In this document: piece after piece, positions 1 to 13,362 of the stretch
Numbering within the stretch: the stretch's first letter is position 1
Layout of the letters: every line of letters begins with the position of its first letter
Notes under the pieces: model-generated
What the model saw: the letters and a program-made list of their open reading frames with translations, nothing else
What the model was told of the DNA's origin: nothing
The model's database searches: none
Position numbers and translations under genes: made by a program
Assembly: GCF_050320075.1 (NCBI RefSeq)
Contig: NZ_CP190018.1
Strand: one strand, 5' to 3'
Origin: Escherichia coli
GTDB taxonomy: Bacteria > Pseudomonadota > Gammaproteobacteria > Enterobacterales > Enterobacteriaceae
Length of the DNA: 64,000 bases

Positions 1-782
<782 letters not shown>

Positions 783-796
783 TCTCACCACTTATG

Positions 797-830
797 CCCG
801 CACTCCCTTCCCCGAGTGCGGGTGTTTGCG
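797..830 (+). terminator. Probable intrinsic terminator downstream of dctA
   Basis: GC-rich inverted repeat gcccgcactc...gagtgcggg followed by a T-rich run, just after the dctA stop. Confidence 0.5.
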
Positions 831-1001
831 CATAATTGACCCCTGTGCCTGAACTTACCACCTGGGTGAGTTCAGGTTTATTTCACTTCTTCCGTGACAT
901 TTTCATGTTCTTGCGGTCTAACACGAAGTGTTTTTAACGTTATTTAGACTGACCGACAACGGGCAGTTTTTTATTACCAGGATAGTTGATCAGGGGTTCA
1001 C

Positions 1002-2498
1002 ATGCAGGGCACAAAAATTCGACTTTTAGCGGGCGGTTTGCTGATGATGGCCACTGCTGGCTATGTGCAGGCAGATGCGCTCCAGCCTGATCCAGCATGG
1101 CAACAGGGGACGCTTTCCAACGGTTTACAGTGGCAAGTGCTGACCACGCCCCAGCGTCCCAGCGATCGTGTTGAAATTCGCCTGCTGGTTAATACCGGTT
1201 CGCTCGCCGAAAGTACACAACAGAGCGGTTACAGCCACGCCATCCCTCGTATTGCGTTAACGCAAAGCGGTGGCCTTGAAGCAGCACAGGCGCGTTCATT
1301 GTGGCAGCAGGGGATCGACCCTAAACGCCCGATGCCGCCGGTAATTGTCTCTTATGACACCACGCTGTTTAATCTGAGTTTGCCCAATAACCGTAACGAC
1401 TTGCTGAAAGAAGCGCTCTCTTATCTGGCAAATGCCACTGGCAAACTGACTATCACGCCAGAAACCATCAACCACGCGCTGCAAAGTCAGGACATGGTGG
1501 CAACCTGGCCTGCCGATACTAAAGAGGGCTGGTGGCGCTATCGTCTGAAAGGATCAACCTTGTTAGGTCACGATCCTGCCGATCCGCTGAAACAACCCGT
1601 TGAAGCGGAAAAGATTAAAGATTTCTATCAGAAATGGTATACCCCGGATGCAATGACGCTGCTGGTGGTGGGAAACGTGGATGCGCGCTCGGTCGTCGAC
1701 CAAATCAATAAAACGTTTGGCGAACTGAAAGGCAAACGTGAAACACCGGCTCCGGTGCCGACGCTTTCTCCGCTGCGTGCGGAAGCGGTGAGTATTATGA
1801 CTGACGCGGTGCGTCAGGACCGGTTATCAATCATGTGGGATACGCCGTGGCAGCCGATTCGTGAATCAGCCGCACTGCTGCGCTACTGGCGTGCGGACCT
1901 GGCCCGTGAGGCGCTGTTCTGGCATGTTCAGCAAGCGTTAAGCGCCAGTAACAGCAAAGATATCGGTCTTGGATTTGACTGTCGTGTGCTGTATCTGCGT
2001 GCGCAGTGTGCCATTAACATCGAATCACCAAACGACAAGCTGAGCAGCAACCTTAATCTGGTGGCGCGTGAACTGGCGAAGGTTCGCGATAAAGGTCTGC
2101 CGGAAGAAGAGTTCAATGCGTTAGTGGCGCAAAAGAAACTGGAGCTGCAGAAACTGTTTGCCGCCTATGCGCGAGCTGATACCGATATTCTGATGGGGCA
2201 GCGGATGCGTTCGTTGCAAAATCAGGTTGTCGATATCGCGCCGGAGCAATATCAGAAACTGCGCCAGGACTTCCTTAACAGCCTGACGGTGGAGATGTTA
2301 AATCAGGATCTGCGTCAGCAGTTGTCGAACGATATGGCGTTAATACTGCTGCAGCCGAAAGGCGAGCCGGAATTTAACATGAAAGCGTTGCAGGCGGCCT
2401 GGGATCAAATCATGACCCCATCTACTGCCGCTGCGACCACCTCTGTCGCCACGGATGACGTTCATCCTGAAGTGACGGATATTCCACCCGCACAGTAA
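1002..2498 (+). CDS. yhjJ: Predicted zinc peptidase, M16 family (YhjJ)
   Basis: 498-aa ORF with signal-peptide-like N-terminus; recognised as YhjJ; expected position next to dctA. Confidence 0.85.
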   Translation: MQGTKIRLLAGGLLMMATAGYVQADALQPDPAWQQGTLSNGLQWQVLTTPQRPSDRVEIRLLVNTGSLAESTQQSGYSHAIPRIALTQSGGLEAAQARSLWQQGIDPKRPMPPVIVSYDTTLFNLSLPNNRNDLLKEALSYLANATGKLTITPETINHALQSQDMVATWPADTKEGWWRYRLKGSTLLGHDPADPLKQPVEAEKIKDFYQKWYTPDAMTLLVVGNVDARSVVDQINKTFGELKGKRETPAPVPTLSPLRAEAVSIMTDAVRQDRLSIMWDTPWQPIRESAALLRYWRADLAREALFWHVQQALSASNSKDIGLGFDCRVLYLRAQCAINIESPNDKLSSNLNLVARELAKVRDKGLPEEEFNALVAQKKLELQKLFAAYARADTDILMGQRMRSLQNQVVDIAPEQYQKLRQDFLNSLTVEMLNQDLRQQLSNDMALILLQPKGEPEFNMKALQAAWDQIMTPSTAAATTSVATDDVHPEVTDIPPAQ

Positions 2499-2500
2499 TG

Positions 2501-2532
2501 CCTGATGGTGATGAGTTAGCACAACCATCAGG
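2501..2532. terminator. Bidirectional hairpin between convergent yhjJ and kdgK
   Basis: Inverted repeat cctgatggt...accatcagg in the 95-bp gap between two convergent stops. Confidence 0.4.
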
Positions 2533-2593
2533 TATTTATGGATGAGCTGGATAGAGGGGTAACACTTTATCCAGCCTTTTGCATATGCTGCTT

Positions 2594-3523
2594 TTACGCC
2601 GGCATCGCCTCACGCGGGATAATCGCGCCGCGATACTGAATAACGGTACTTGCGGTCAGGTGCCCGCGTTTCGCCGCGTTTTCCGCACTGCCGCCCGTCA
2701 AACGTACCGCCAGATAACCGGCACTGAAAGAGTCGCCAGCTGCGGTGGTATCGATCACTTTTTCTTTCGGCAGTTTCACCGCCGGAACATCCACTAACCC
2801 TTCGCCAGCAATGGACACCAGGCAAGAATCCGCCCCGCGTTTCACCACCACTTCTTTCACGCCCGCGTTATGGGTGCGCGCAATGACGTCTTCCACCGGC
2901 TGTTGACCCCACAGCGCGTCTTCGTCGTCCAGCGTCAGGAAGGCGATATCCGTGCATTCCAGCATTTGCTGGTACACCTGCTGTGTCTCTTCTTTGCTGG
3001 CCCACAGGCGCGGACGATAGTTATTGTCGAAAATCACTTTTCCGCCGTTGGCGCGGCATTCGCGCAACAAAGAAAGCAGTTTCTCGCGGCTGGTCGGGCT
3101 TAAGATCGCCAGGCTAATCCCGCTCAGGTAGAGATAATCGAAATTCGCCAGCTCTTCGCAAATCGCCGCAGATTGCTCGCTCTCCAGCCAGAATTTGGCG
3201 GCGGCTTCGTTACGCCAGTAGTAGAACGTACGTTCGCCGGTGCTGTCGGTTTCAATGTAGTAAAGGCCCGGCAGACGGTTTTCCATCCGTTGGGTCAGGG
3301 AAGTATCAACGTTCTCGCCGTGCCAGGCGTCCAGCATCTGCTGGCTAAAACTGTCCGTTCCCAGCGCCGTTACGTAATGAACGGTTAATGCCGCAGGATC
3401 GACCTGACGGGCGATATAGACGGAAGTGTTCAGGGTATCGCCGCCGAAACCGCGCTTAACGTCCGCGCCTTTCTCGGAAAGCTCAATCATGCATTCGCCA
3501 ATCACGGCAATCTTTTTGGACAT
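2594..3523 (-). CDS. kdgK: 2-dehydro-3-deoxygluconokinase
   Basis: Track ORF 2594..3871 is over-extended; the start MSKKIAVIGECMIEL (ATG at 3521-3523) gives a 309-aa PfkB-family sugar kinase. Confidence 0.9.
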   Translation of the reverse strand: MSKKIAVIGECMIELSEKGADVKRGFGGDTLNTSVYIARQVDPAALTVHYVTALGTDSFSQQMLDAWHGENVDTSLTQRMENRLPGLYYIETDSTGERTFYYWRNEAAAKFWLESEQSAAICEELANFDYLYLSGISLAILSPTSREKLLSLLRECRANGGKVIFDNNYRPRLWASKEETQQVYQQMLECTDIAFLTLDDEDALWGQQPVEDVIARTHNAGVKEVVVKRGADSCLVSIAGEGLVDVPAVKLPKEKVIDTTAAGDSFSAGYLAVRLTGGSAENAAKRGHLTASTVIQYRGAIIPREAMPA

Positions 3524-3754
3524 AGTCGTGAACCTGATCTGTAAAAAATTAACGTTAGTTTGCGCTGTGGTGGTTTGCTGGTCAACCATATTAAAACAGT
3601 GTTCCATTATTTTTTTGAGCCAGCACGTATTCCTGAAAGATTCCGTTGTGGAGTGGGGAAATTTACTCCGGTCAGGCGGTAAAGTTCTGCCCTTGCGCGC
3701 CGATAATCTTTGTCGAGTCCGGGCAGCATCACTTTTAAACACAGGACATCTTTG

Positions 3755-4522
3755 ATGATAAGGCAGGTTATCCAGCGAATAAGCAACCCTGAAGCAAGCA
3801 TCGAGAGCTTGCAGGAACGGCGTTTTTGGTTGCAGTGTGAGCGTGCTTACACCTGGCAGCCGATCTATCAAACATGCGGGCGGTTAATGGCCGTGGAGCT
3901 ATTAACGGTGGTCACGCATCCCTTGAACCCTTCGCAACGCCTGTCGCCGGATCGCTATTTTACTGAAATCACCGTCAGCCATCGGATGGAGGTTGTGAAA
4001 GAGCAGATTGATTTGCTGGCGCAAAAAGCCGACTTCTTTATAGAGCACGGCCTGCTGGCATCGGTCAATATTGATGGACCTACGCTCATCGCCCTGCGTC
4101 AGCAACCAAAAATCCTGCGCCAGATTGAGCGTCTTCCCTGGCTGCGTTTCGAACTGGTGGAGCATATCCGTCTGCCGAAAGATTCAACCTTTGCCTCGAT
4201 GTGTGAATTTGGCCCGCTGTGGCTGGATGATTTTGGCACCGGGATGGCAAATTTCTCTGCACTAAGTGAAGTGCGTTATGACTACATCAAAATCGCGCGA
4301 GAACTGTTTGTGATGCTGCGTCAGTCGCCGGAAGGCCGCACACTCTTTTCTCAGCTTTTACATCTAATGAATCGCTATTGTCGCGGGGTGATCGTCGAGG
4401 GCGTAGAAACGCCGGAAGAGTGGCGCGATGTACAGAACTCGCCCGCATTCGCCGCACAAGGCTGGTTTCTTTCACGCCCGGCACCGATAGAAACGCTGAA
4501 TACGGCGGTTCTGGCGCTATAA
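3755..4522 (+). CDS. pdeH: c-di-GMP phosphodiesterase (EAL domain)
   Basis: Within track ORF 3710..4522; start at MIRQVIQRI gives 255 aa; EAL-type sequence; known neighbour of kdgK (yhjH). Confidence 0.85.
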   Translation: MIRQVIQRISNPEASIESLQERRFWLQCERAYTWQPIYQTCGRLMAVELLTVVTHPLNPSQRLSPDRYFTEITVSHRMEVVKEQIDLLAQKADFFIEHGLLASVNIDGPTLIALRQQPKILRQIERLPWLRFELVEHIRLPKDSTFASMCEFGPLWLDDFGTGMANFSALSEVRYDYIKIARELFVMLRQSPEGRTLFSQLLHLMNRYCRGVIVEGVETPEEWRDVQNSPAFAAQGWFLSRPAPIETLNTAVLAL

Positions 4523-4576
4523 GCTGCCTCATTTTCCGACTGGCTGGACTATCTTTAGGACTGGCACAGGAAGAAT

Positions 4577-6652
4577 ATGAGGAAGCGAACGATGAGCAAG
4601 GCAGGCAAAATAACCGCTGCGATTTCAGGGGCTTTCTTGTTGTTGATTGTCGTGGCGATCATTTTGATTGCAACTTTTGACTGGAATCGACTCAAACCGA
4701 CCATCAACCAGAAAGTCTCTGCGGAGTTGAATCGTCCGTTCGCTATCCGTGGCGATCTGGGCGTGGTGTGGGAGCGACAAAAACAAGAAACTGGCTGGCG
4801 CAGCTGGGTGCCGTGGCCCCATATACACGCGGAAGACATCATTCTCGGCAACCCACCAGATATTCCCGAAGTCACAATGGTGCATTTGCCACGCGTAGAG
4901 GCAACGCTGGCCCCGCTGGCGCTGCTGACCAAAACGGTCTGGCTACCGTGGATCAAACTGGAAAAGCCCGACGCACGCCTGATTCGCCTCTCTGAAAAGA
5001 ACAATAACTGGACGTTTAATCTTGCCAACGATGGCAACAAAGACGCGAATGCAAAGCCGTCGGCATGGTCGTTTCGGCTGGATAATATTCTTTTCGATCA
5101 AGGGCGGATCGCCATTGATGACAAAGTAAGCAAAGCGGATCTGGAAATTTTTGTCGATCCGTTAGGCAAGCCGCTGCCGTTCAGCGAAGTTACTGGATCG
5201 AAAGGTAAAGCGGATAAAGAAAAGGTGGGTGATTACGTTTTTGGCCTGAAGGCGCAGGGACGTTATAACGGTGAACCGCTCACTGGTACGGGAAAAATAG
5301 GCGGTATGCTGGCGCTGCGTGGCGAAGGTACACCATTTCCGGTACAGGCTGATTTTCGCTCTGGTAACACCCGTGTTGCTTTTGATGGCGTTGTGAATGA
5401 CCCAATGAAGATGGGTGGTGTCGATTTACGGCTTAAATTTTCTGGCGATTCGCTGGGTGATCTCTATGAACTGACGGGCGTTCTGCTGCCCGATACCCCG
5501 CCGTTTGAAACGGATGGTCGGCTGGTAGCGAAAATCGACACTGAAAAATCGTCGGTCTTTGATTATCGCGGTTTTAATGGGCGCATTGGCGATAGCGATA
5601 TCCACGGTTCTCTGGTCTACACCACCGGCAAGCCACGACCAAAACTGGAAGGTGATGTCGAGTCGCGGCAATTGCGGCTGGCGGACTTGGGACCGTTGAT
5701 TGGCGTTGATTCCGGGAAAGGAGCTGAAAAGTCGAAACGGTCTGAACAGAAGAAGGGTGAAAAAAGCGTTCAGCCTGCGGGCAAAGTGCTGCCTTATGAC
5801 CGCTTCGAAACCGATAAATGGGACGTCATGGATGCCGATGTTCGCTTCAAAGGGCGGCGCATTGAGCATGGCAGTAGCCTGCCGATTAGCGATCTTTCTA
5901 CTCATATCATCCTCAAAAATGCTGACCTGCGCCTGCAACCGCTGAAATTTGGCATGGCGGGCGGCAGCATTGCGGCGAATATTCATCTGGAAGGTGATAA
6001 AAAACCGATGCAAGGGCGGGCAGATATTCAGGCTCGTCGGCTGAAACTGAAAGAACTGATGCCCGATGTAGAACTGATGCAGAAGACGCTGGGGGAAATG
6101 AACGGTGACGCGGAACTACGCGGTAGCGGTAACTCGGTGGCGGCGCTTTTAGGCAACAGTAACGGCAACCTGAAACTGTTGATGAATGACGGGCTGGTGA
6201 GCCGCAACCTGATGGAGATTGTCGGGCTGAATGTCGGTAACTACATTGTCGGTGCGATATTTGGTGACGATGAGGTGCGGGTGAACTGTGCGGCGGCGAA
6301 TCTGGATATTGCCAACGGCGTGGCGCGTCCGCAGATTTTTGCTTTTGATACTGAGAATGCGTTGATCAATGTTACCGGCACGGCAAGTTTTGCTTCGGAG
6401 CAACTGGATTTGACTATCGATCCAGAAAGTAAAGGGATTCGGATTATCACGCTGCGTTCGCCGCTGTATGTGCGTGGGACATTTAAAAATCCGCAGGCTG
6501 GGGTGAAAGCCGGGCCGTTGATTGCCCGTGGTGCTGTTGCGGCGGCACTGGCAACGCTGGTTACGCCAGCGGCGGCGTTACTGGCGCTGATCTCACCTTC
6601 CGAAGGGGAGGCTAATCAGTGCCGGACAATTTTGTCGCAGATGAAGAAGTGA
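4577..6652 (+). CDS. yhjG: AsmA-family protein YhjG
   Basis: 691-aa ORF with an N-terminal TM anchor; a second in-frame ATG at 4592 (MSKAGKI) is an alternative start. Confidence 0.8.
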   Translation: MRKRTMSKAGKITAAISGAFLLLIVVAIILIATFDWNRLKPTINQKVSAELNRPFAIRGDLGVVWERQKQETGWRSWVPWPHIHAEDIILGNPPDIPEVTMVHLPRVEATLAPLALLTKTVWLPWIKLEKPDARLIRLSEKNNNWTFNLANDGNKDANAKPSAWSFRLDNILFDQGRIAIDDKVSKADLEIFVDPLGKPLPFSEVTGSKGKADKEKVGDYVFGLKAQGRYNGEPLTGTGKIGGMLALRGEGTPFPVQADFRSGNTRVAFDGVVNDPMKMGGVDLRLKFSGDSLGDLYELTGVLLPDTPPFETDGRLVAKIDTEKSSVFDYRGFNGRIGDSDIHGSLVYTTGKPRPKLEGDVESRQLRLADLGPLIGVDSGKGAEKSKRSEQKKGEKSVQPAGKVLPYDRFETDKWDVMDADVRFKGRRIEHGSSLPISDLSTHIILKNADLRLQPLKFGMAGGSIAANIHLEGDKKPMQGRADIQARRLKLKELMPDVELMQKTLGEMNGDAELRGSGNSVAALLGNSNGNLKLLMNDGLVSRNLMEIVGLNVGNYIVGAIFGDDEVRVNCAAANLDIANGVARPQIFAFDTENALINVTGTASFASEQLDLTIDPESKGIRIITLRSPLYVRGTFKNPQAGVKAGPLIARGAVAAALATLVTPAAALLALISPSEGEANQCRTILSQMKK

Positions 6653-6661
6653 TGATAATTG

Positions 6662-6826
6662 CCGGATGTCTGACATCCGGCAATTAAACAGATTTAGAGT
6701 GTTGGCAAAGTGTGCTTTGTTCATGCCGGATGCGGCGTGAACGCCTTATCCGTCCTACAAATCTTTGCGAATTCAATATATTGTATGGAAATTCAGGCCT
6801 GATAAGCGTAGCGCATCAGGCTTTTC
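6662..6826. repeat. Cluster of REP-type extragenic palindromes
   Basis: gccggatgtctgacatccggc hairpin, tgccggatgcggcgtgaacgccttatccg and caggcctgataagcgtagcgcatcaggc motifs between yhjG and yhjE. Confidence 0.7.
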
Positions 6827-6833
6827 ACTCTTA

Positions 6834-8156
6834 TTACAACGATTGATGTCGCGTCTCATGGGTCAGCAGTAGGGCGATTAAGGTCAAGCCAGCCATCGCC
6901 GCCAGATATAACCCCACCGCACCTAACCCGTAGTTAGTCTGCAACCAGGCTGCGATATACGGCGCAACGGAAGCCCCGAGAATCGACGCTACGTTGTAAG
7001 AGAATGATGCTCCGGTGTAACGCACTTCTGTCGGGAACAGCTCTGGTAACAGCGCGCCCATCGGCCCGAAGGTCAGCCCCATCAGACTTAACCCCAGCAG
7101 CAGGAAGGCAAAAACCAGAATCGGGTTGCCAGAACCGAGCAGCGGGTTAAAGGCGAACAGCGCGAACAGGATGATCAGCGTGGTGATGATTACCATGCTT
7201 TTACGGCGACCAAAGGCATCAGCCAGTAATCCGGCGACTGGTACCATCACGCCAAAACCAATCACTGCCATCATCAGCATCCACAACACTTCGTTACGCG
7301 GCAGGCCAAGCCCAACTGGCGCGGCGGCGGTACTAAAGGTCATAGAGTAGACCGTCATGATGTAAAACAGCGTATAGGTTGCCAGCATGATGAAGGTACC
7401 GAGCACCGTGACGCGTACGTGTTTGGTCAGCAGCGTACCCAGCGGGATCTTCACCTGCTTTTTCGCTTTAGCGACTTTCTCAAACACCGGCGACTCATGC
7501 AGCGACACGCGAACATACAGGCCGATAATGACCAGCACCGCCGAGAAGATAAACGGCACACGCCAGCCCCAGCTCATAAACTGCTCGTCGGTCAGTAGCC
7601 AGGAAAGCAGCAAGAAAGTGCCGTTGGCAAAGAAGAAGCCAATCGGTGCGCCCAGCTGCGGGAAGGAGCCATACAGTGCACGTTTGCGCGGTGGGGCGTT
7701 TTCAGTCGCCAGCAGCGCCGCGCCGCCCCATTCACCGCCTAAGCCCAGACCCTGACCAAATCGAGCCAGCGCCAGCAGCAGCGGGGCGAAAATACCAATC
7801 GTGGCATAGCCCGGCAGCAGACCAATCACCACGGTCGAAATCCCCATCGTTAGCAACGAGGCGACCAGCGTCGCTTTACGCCCAACGCGATCGCCAAAAT
7901 GACCAAAAACGGCAGAGCCAATGGGGCGCGCGACGAAGGCGATGGCGAAGGTGGCGAGCGACTGGAGCGTTGCTGCCGTAGGATCGCCCTGCGGGAAGAA
8001 GATATGCGGAAACACAATAACGGCCGCAGTGGCGTAAATGTAAAAGTCGAAAAACTCAATGGCCGTGCCAATGAGAGAGGCGACAAGGACTTTATTACGC
8101 GAGTTGATCGGCGTGTATTCTTGCTCGTGGTCGAGTGTTGTGGCTGTTGCTTGCAT
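6834..8156 (-). CDS. yhjE: MFS metabolite:H+ symporter-type transporter YhjE
   Basis: 440-aa ORF with 12-TM MFS character; position matches E. coli yhjE. Confidence 0.85.
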   Translation of the reverse strand: MQATATTLDHEQEYTPINSRNKVLVASLIGTAIEFFDFYIYATAAVIVFPHIFFPQGDPTAATLQSLATFAIAFVARPIGSAVFGHFGDRVGRKATLVASLLTMGISTVVIGLLPGYATIGIFAPLLLALARFGQGLGLGGEWGGAALLATENAPPRKRALYGSFPQLGAPIGFFFANGTFLLLSWLLTDEQFMSWGWRVPFIFSAVLVIIGLYVRVSLHESPVFEKVAKAKKQVKIPLGTLLTKHVRVTVLGTFIMLATYTLFYIMTVYSMTFSTAAAPVGLGLPRNEVLWMLMMAVIGFGVMVPVAGLLADAFGRRKSMVIITTLIILFALFAFNPLLGSGNPILVFAFLLLGLSLMGLTFGPMGALLPELFPTEVRYTGASFSYNVASILGASVAPYIAAWLQTNYGLGAVGLYLAAMAGLTLIALLLTHETRHQSL

Positions 8157-8471
8157 AATCTTTTCTTATTTTTTGGCTAACGAATAGCCATATTACGCAC
8201 AGCAAAAGTGATATTTCAATGTGTAACAAATCGCGGAAATGGTCAAAAACCAGGCAAAAAGGGGATAATGTTTAGGCCAGTGATTTTTCTTCTATGAAAT
8301 GCTTCACATAATTTTATAAATAGTGGATAAAACTGGTTTCAGGTTAAATAAAAGTTACCAACTGGATTTATATGCTGGGGTTATGAGTTGGTATGAAATT
8401 GTTTGCTCCTGAAGAGATGTAGTTTCAGGTGGTTATGTGCATGTCGTTGCCTGGTCTCTGGCTGGCTTGTA

Positions 8472-8510
8472 CCCCCTCACCCTAATCCTCTCCCCGAAGG
8501 GGCGAGGGGA
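8472..8510. repeat. Intergenic GC-rich palindromic element
   Basis: ccccctcaccctaatcctctccccgaaggggcgagggg: imperfect hairpin of a type recurrent in enterobacterial intergenic regions. Confidence 0.4.
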
Positions 8511-8547
8511 TCGACCGTGCGTTTATCAGGCATTATAAACCAATGAA

Positions 8548-9561
8548 TTACCGCTGCGTTTTCCCCGGCATTCGCGGGTCGTCTTTATATTCGGCGGTGG
8601 CAATCCACGCCGCGCAAAACAGCGTCAAACGGGCGAAGAAGTAGAAAAACGCCATCAGCCCCAGCACGGAACCAAATGCTGCGCCAGAGGGGGATTTCAT
8701 CAGCGATGGCAGGGTGTAGGTCATCACGATTTTAATCACTTCAAAACCAATCGCAGCCAGAAATGTTCCACGAATCAGGGCTTTTTTGCGCGGACGGTGG
8801 CGCGGCAACCGCCAGAAGATCCAAAAGAAAAGCAGATAGTTGGCGAAGATGGAAATCGCCAGGCCAATCAACCGCCACGTCGGTTTCAGCCACTCAATGC
8901 TGTTCAGGTGCAGGGCGCTAATAATCATTTGCTGCGCCGAACCGGCAACCGAGGTGATCGAAAGCGTCACAATCAGTGCAATCAACAAACCAATCAGCGA
9001 AATAAAATCACGCAGATATTTTACCCAGAACTTCTCCTGATCTTGCGGCGAGCGTTCCCAGACATCGCGCGACTGGGCGCGAATCGCTTCACGCAGGTTA
9101 CCCATCCAGTTGATGCCGGAATAAAGCGCCACCGCCAGGCCGACAAGCCCTACGGTAGTACGCTGCTGAACGGCGGTGTTGATGGTGTTTTTCAACGTGG
9201 CGGCTAGCGTCGGATCGCTGATGTTTTGCAGAATTTTGTCGAAGATATCCTGTAGCAACATCGGATGGGAGGCCAGCACAAAGCCCCCTGCGGCAAACGA
9301 CACCATCAAAATCGGGATCATCGACAAAAATGAGAAATAGGTGATAGCCGCACCAAACTGGTTACCCAGCCGATCGTTAAAGCGCTCTGTTGCGCGAATC
9401 AGGTGCGCAATAACCGGTTGGCGTTGGACTTTCTCGGCAGTAGTGGTGACGGTTTCCAGCGCCTGGCTAACTTTGCCGCCTTTCTCGCTATTATCCAACT
9501 GCTTAATCGGCTCGTGCTCCAGATCCTGGGTGGGACGTTTGATCTCGTTTTCCTGCGTCAT
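8548..9561 (-). CDS. yhjD: Inner-membrane protein YhjD
   Basis: 337-aa ORF, multi-TM, recognised as YhjD. Confidence 0.85.
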   Translation of the reverse strand: MTQENEIKRPTQDLEHEPIKQLDNSEKGGKVSQALETVTTTAEKVQRQPVIAHLIRATERFNDRLGNQFGAAITYFSFLSMIPILMVSFAAGGFVLASHPMLLQDIFDKILQNISDPTLAATLKNTINTAVQQRTTVGLVGLAVALYSGINWMGNLREAIRAQSRDVWERSPQDQEKFWVKYLRDFISLIGLLIALIVTLSITSVAGSAQQMIISALHLNSIEWLKPTWRLIGLAISIFANYLLFFWIFWRLPRHRPRKKALIRGTFLAAIGFEVIKIVMTYTLPSLMKSPSGAAFGSVLGLMAFFYFFARLTLFCAAWIATAEYKDDPRMPGKTQR

Positions 9562-9609
9562 CCGCTCTTTTGTCCTTCTGTCGTGGTCATTCTTAAAAAG
9601 TATAGTCGG

Positions 9610-10509
9610 TCAGTCCAGGTGCTCTTTCATTACGCCAGCCAGCCACTGCATAAACAGGTTTACACGCCGGGAAAGCTCCCGACGCTGCGGATAAATCAGC
9701 GAAAGGGAGAGCGGCTCGGCACGGTAGCCAGGTAATACTTCAATAAGCCTCCCGGCACGCAGGGCTTCGCGCACGGCAATGCGCGGGATCTGAATAATCC
9801 CCAGACCGGCAAGACCGGCGGCGAGATAGTTTTCGCGACTGTTTACCGTCAACATGCCGCCAGACTTAAACCACTGGACGCCATTAACGCTGGCAACCTC
9901 AAAACCTAACGGATGTACACCCAGGTGCGGTGTGTAACGCACTATTGCGTGCGAAGTCAGATCGTCGGGGCTTTGAGGATAACCAAAGCGCGTCAGATAG
10001 TGTGGACTGGCACAATTGACCACGGTCAGTTTGCCGAGGGGACGGGCGATAACGCCATCTTCCGGTGACGCGCCAGTGCGTATCACGCAATCAAAACCAT
10101 CGTGAAGAATATCTACCGGACGGTCATGGCTACTCAGCTCCAGCTCAATTCCCGGATGCAGATAGAGAAACTCCGACAGACGCGGCAGTAACAGGCTTTT
10201 CGCGATTCCTGGCGGGATGTCGATGCGTAATTTACCGCTGATACTGGTGGCATCCTGTTGAAACAGACCGTCCAGTTCGTTGAGATTACTCAACACATCT
10301 TTTGCCCGTTGATAATAGGTCATGCCTTCTGGCGTGAGTTTGACCCGCCGCGTGGTGCGCTGGAGAAGCTGGGTGCCAAGTTGATGTTCCAGTGCCTGTA
10401 TCTGGCGCGAAACACTTCCCTTTGGCAAAGCAAAGAAATCCGCCGCGCGGGAAAAACTTTCCAGCTCCGCGACTTTGATGAACAACTGCATTGCGTGAAT
10501 TTTATCCAT
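9610..10509 (-). CDS. yhjC: LysR-family transcriptional regulator YhjC
   Basis: Track ORF 9610..10581 trimmed to the start MDKIHAMQLFIKVAE (ATG at 10507-10509), 299 aa; N-terminal HTH plus LysR substrate domain. Confidence 0.8.
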   Translation of the reverse strand: MDKIHAMQLFIKVAELESFSRAADFFALPKGSVSRQIQALEHQLGTQLLQRTTRRVKLTPEGMTYYQRAKDVLSNLNELDGLFQQDATSISGKLRIDIPPGIAKSLLLPRLSEFLYLHPGIELELSSHDRPVDILHDGFDCVIRTGASPEDGVIARPLGKLTVVNCASPHYLTRFGYPQSPDDLTSHAIVRYTPHLGVHPLGFEVASVNGVQWFKSGGMLTVNSRENYLAAGLAGLGIIQIPRIAVREALRAGRLIEVLPGYRAEPLSLSLIYPQRRELSRRVNLFMQWLAGVMKEHLD

Positions 10510-11029
10510 TTCTTTGACCGATTGTTGTTCACAGCGAAACAGTAACGCGCATATCGCATTGTTTATTGTTTTTTCTAACATCTAATGCCGGGTTTCACAA
10601 TGTTGTCATGACGAATGTGGCGATTTCTCAGCAGGAAAAGGGCGGAATAGCTTTATGAGAAAGGTGAATTTCCCTAAACAGAGCGTTTTTTTTCAGCGAT
10701 TCCCTTTAAAGTGAACAGAGGACGTGTTGGCTATTTGTGCTTATTTTTGTCTCATTGCCATTTGTTATTTTTGCTTGTGGTCGCGGAATTTCATTTTTAA
10801 TTGCATGCGTACTAACCATCAATATAAGGAAATCCTCAAAATTGTTTTAAATAGTGCCCTCGACATGTAATTTCAGGCGTTTAGCTGTAACGATTTATAT
10901 CGGTAACTATTTTCTACGCGTCATCTCTGTAGAATGGCCACCGCCAAATGGCGAATTCTTATTTTTTCTCGCGGGTAATACCCTTCCACTACTTAAGTCT
11001 TTTTAACGTATTCAGGTGGAGATTCAGTT

Positions 11030-11632
11030 ATGCAAATAGTCATGTTTGACAGGCAGTCAATATTTATTCATGGAATGAAAATCAGTTTACAGCAGCGTAT
11101 TCCAGGAGTGAGTATTCAGGGGGCCAGTCAGGCAGATGAGTTATGGCAAAAGCTGGAAAGTTACCCTGAAGCCTTAGTGATGCTCGATGGCGATCAGGAT
11201 GGTGAGTTTTGCTACTGGTTACTGCAAAAAACCGTGGTGCAATTTCCTGAGGTTAAGGTGTTAATTACGGCGACGGATTGCAATAAACGGTGGTTACAGG
11301 AAGTTATCCATTTTAATGTGCTGGCCATTGTGCCTCGTGATTCAACCGTCGAGACATTTGCGTTGGCGGTAAATAGTGCGGCGATGGGGATGATGTTTCT
11401 GCCTGGAGACTGGCGGACGACGCCGGAAAAGGACATTAAAGATCTCAAATCGTTAAGCGCCCGCCAGCGGGAGATTTTAACCATGTTAGCGGCGGGCGAA
11501 TCAAATAAGGAGATCGGCAGGGCGCTGAATATCAGTACCGGAACGGTAAAAGCGCATCTGGAATCCCTGTATCGCCGTCTGGAAGTGAAAAATCGCACCC
11601 AGGCGGCAATGATGTTAAATATCTCCTCCTGA
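11030..11632 (+). CDS. yhjB: LuxR/FixJ-family response-regulator-like protein YhjB
   Basis: 200-aa ORF with C-terminal LuxR-type HTH (ARQREILTMLAAGESNKEIGRALNIS). Confidence 0.85.
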   Translation: MQIVMFDRQSIFIHGMKISLQQRIPGVSIQGASQADELWQKLESYPEALVMLDGDQDGEFCYWLLQKTVVQFPEVKVLITATDCNKRWLQEVIHFNVLAIVPRDSTVETFALAVNSAAMGMMFLPGDWRTTPEKDIKDLKSLSARQREILTMLAAGESNKEIGRALNISTGTVKAHLESLYRRLEVKNRTQAAMMLNISS

Positions 11633-11682
11633 AGAGGATAATTTTACAGCCAGCAGGAAGTTAGCGGCTGGCTGTAAAAATA

Positions 11683-13362
<1,680 letters not shown>

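Noticed and set aside
2594..3871. 425-aa ORF in the track
   Set aside because: Over-extended version of kdgK; the extension runs through the kdgK promoter and the divergent pdeH 5' region. The start at 3523 is far more likely.
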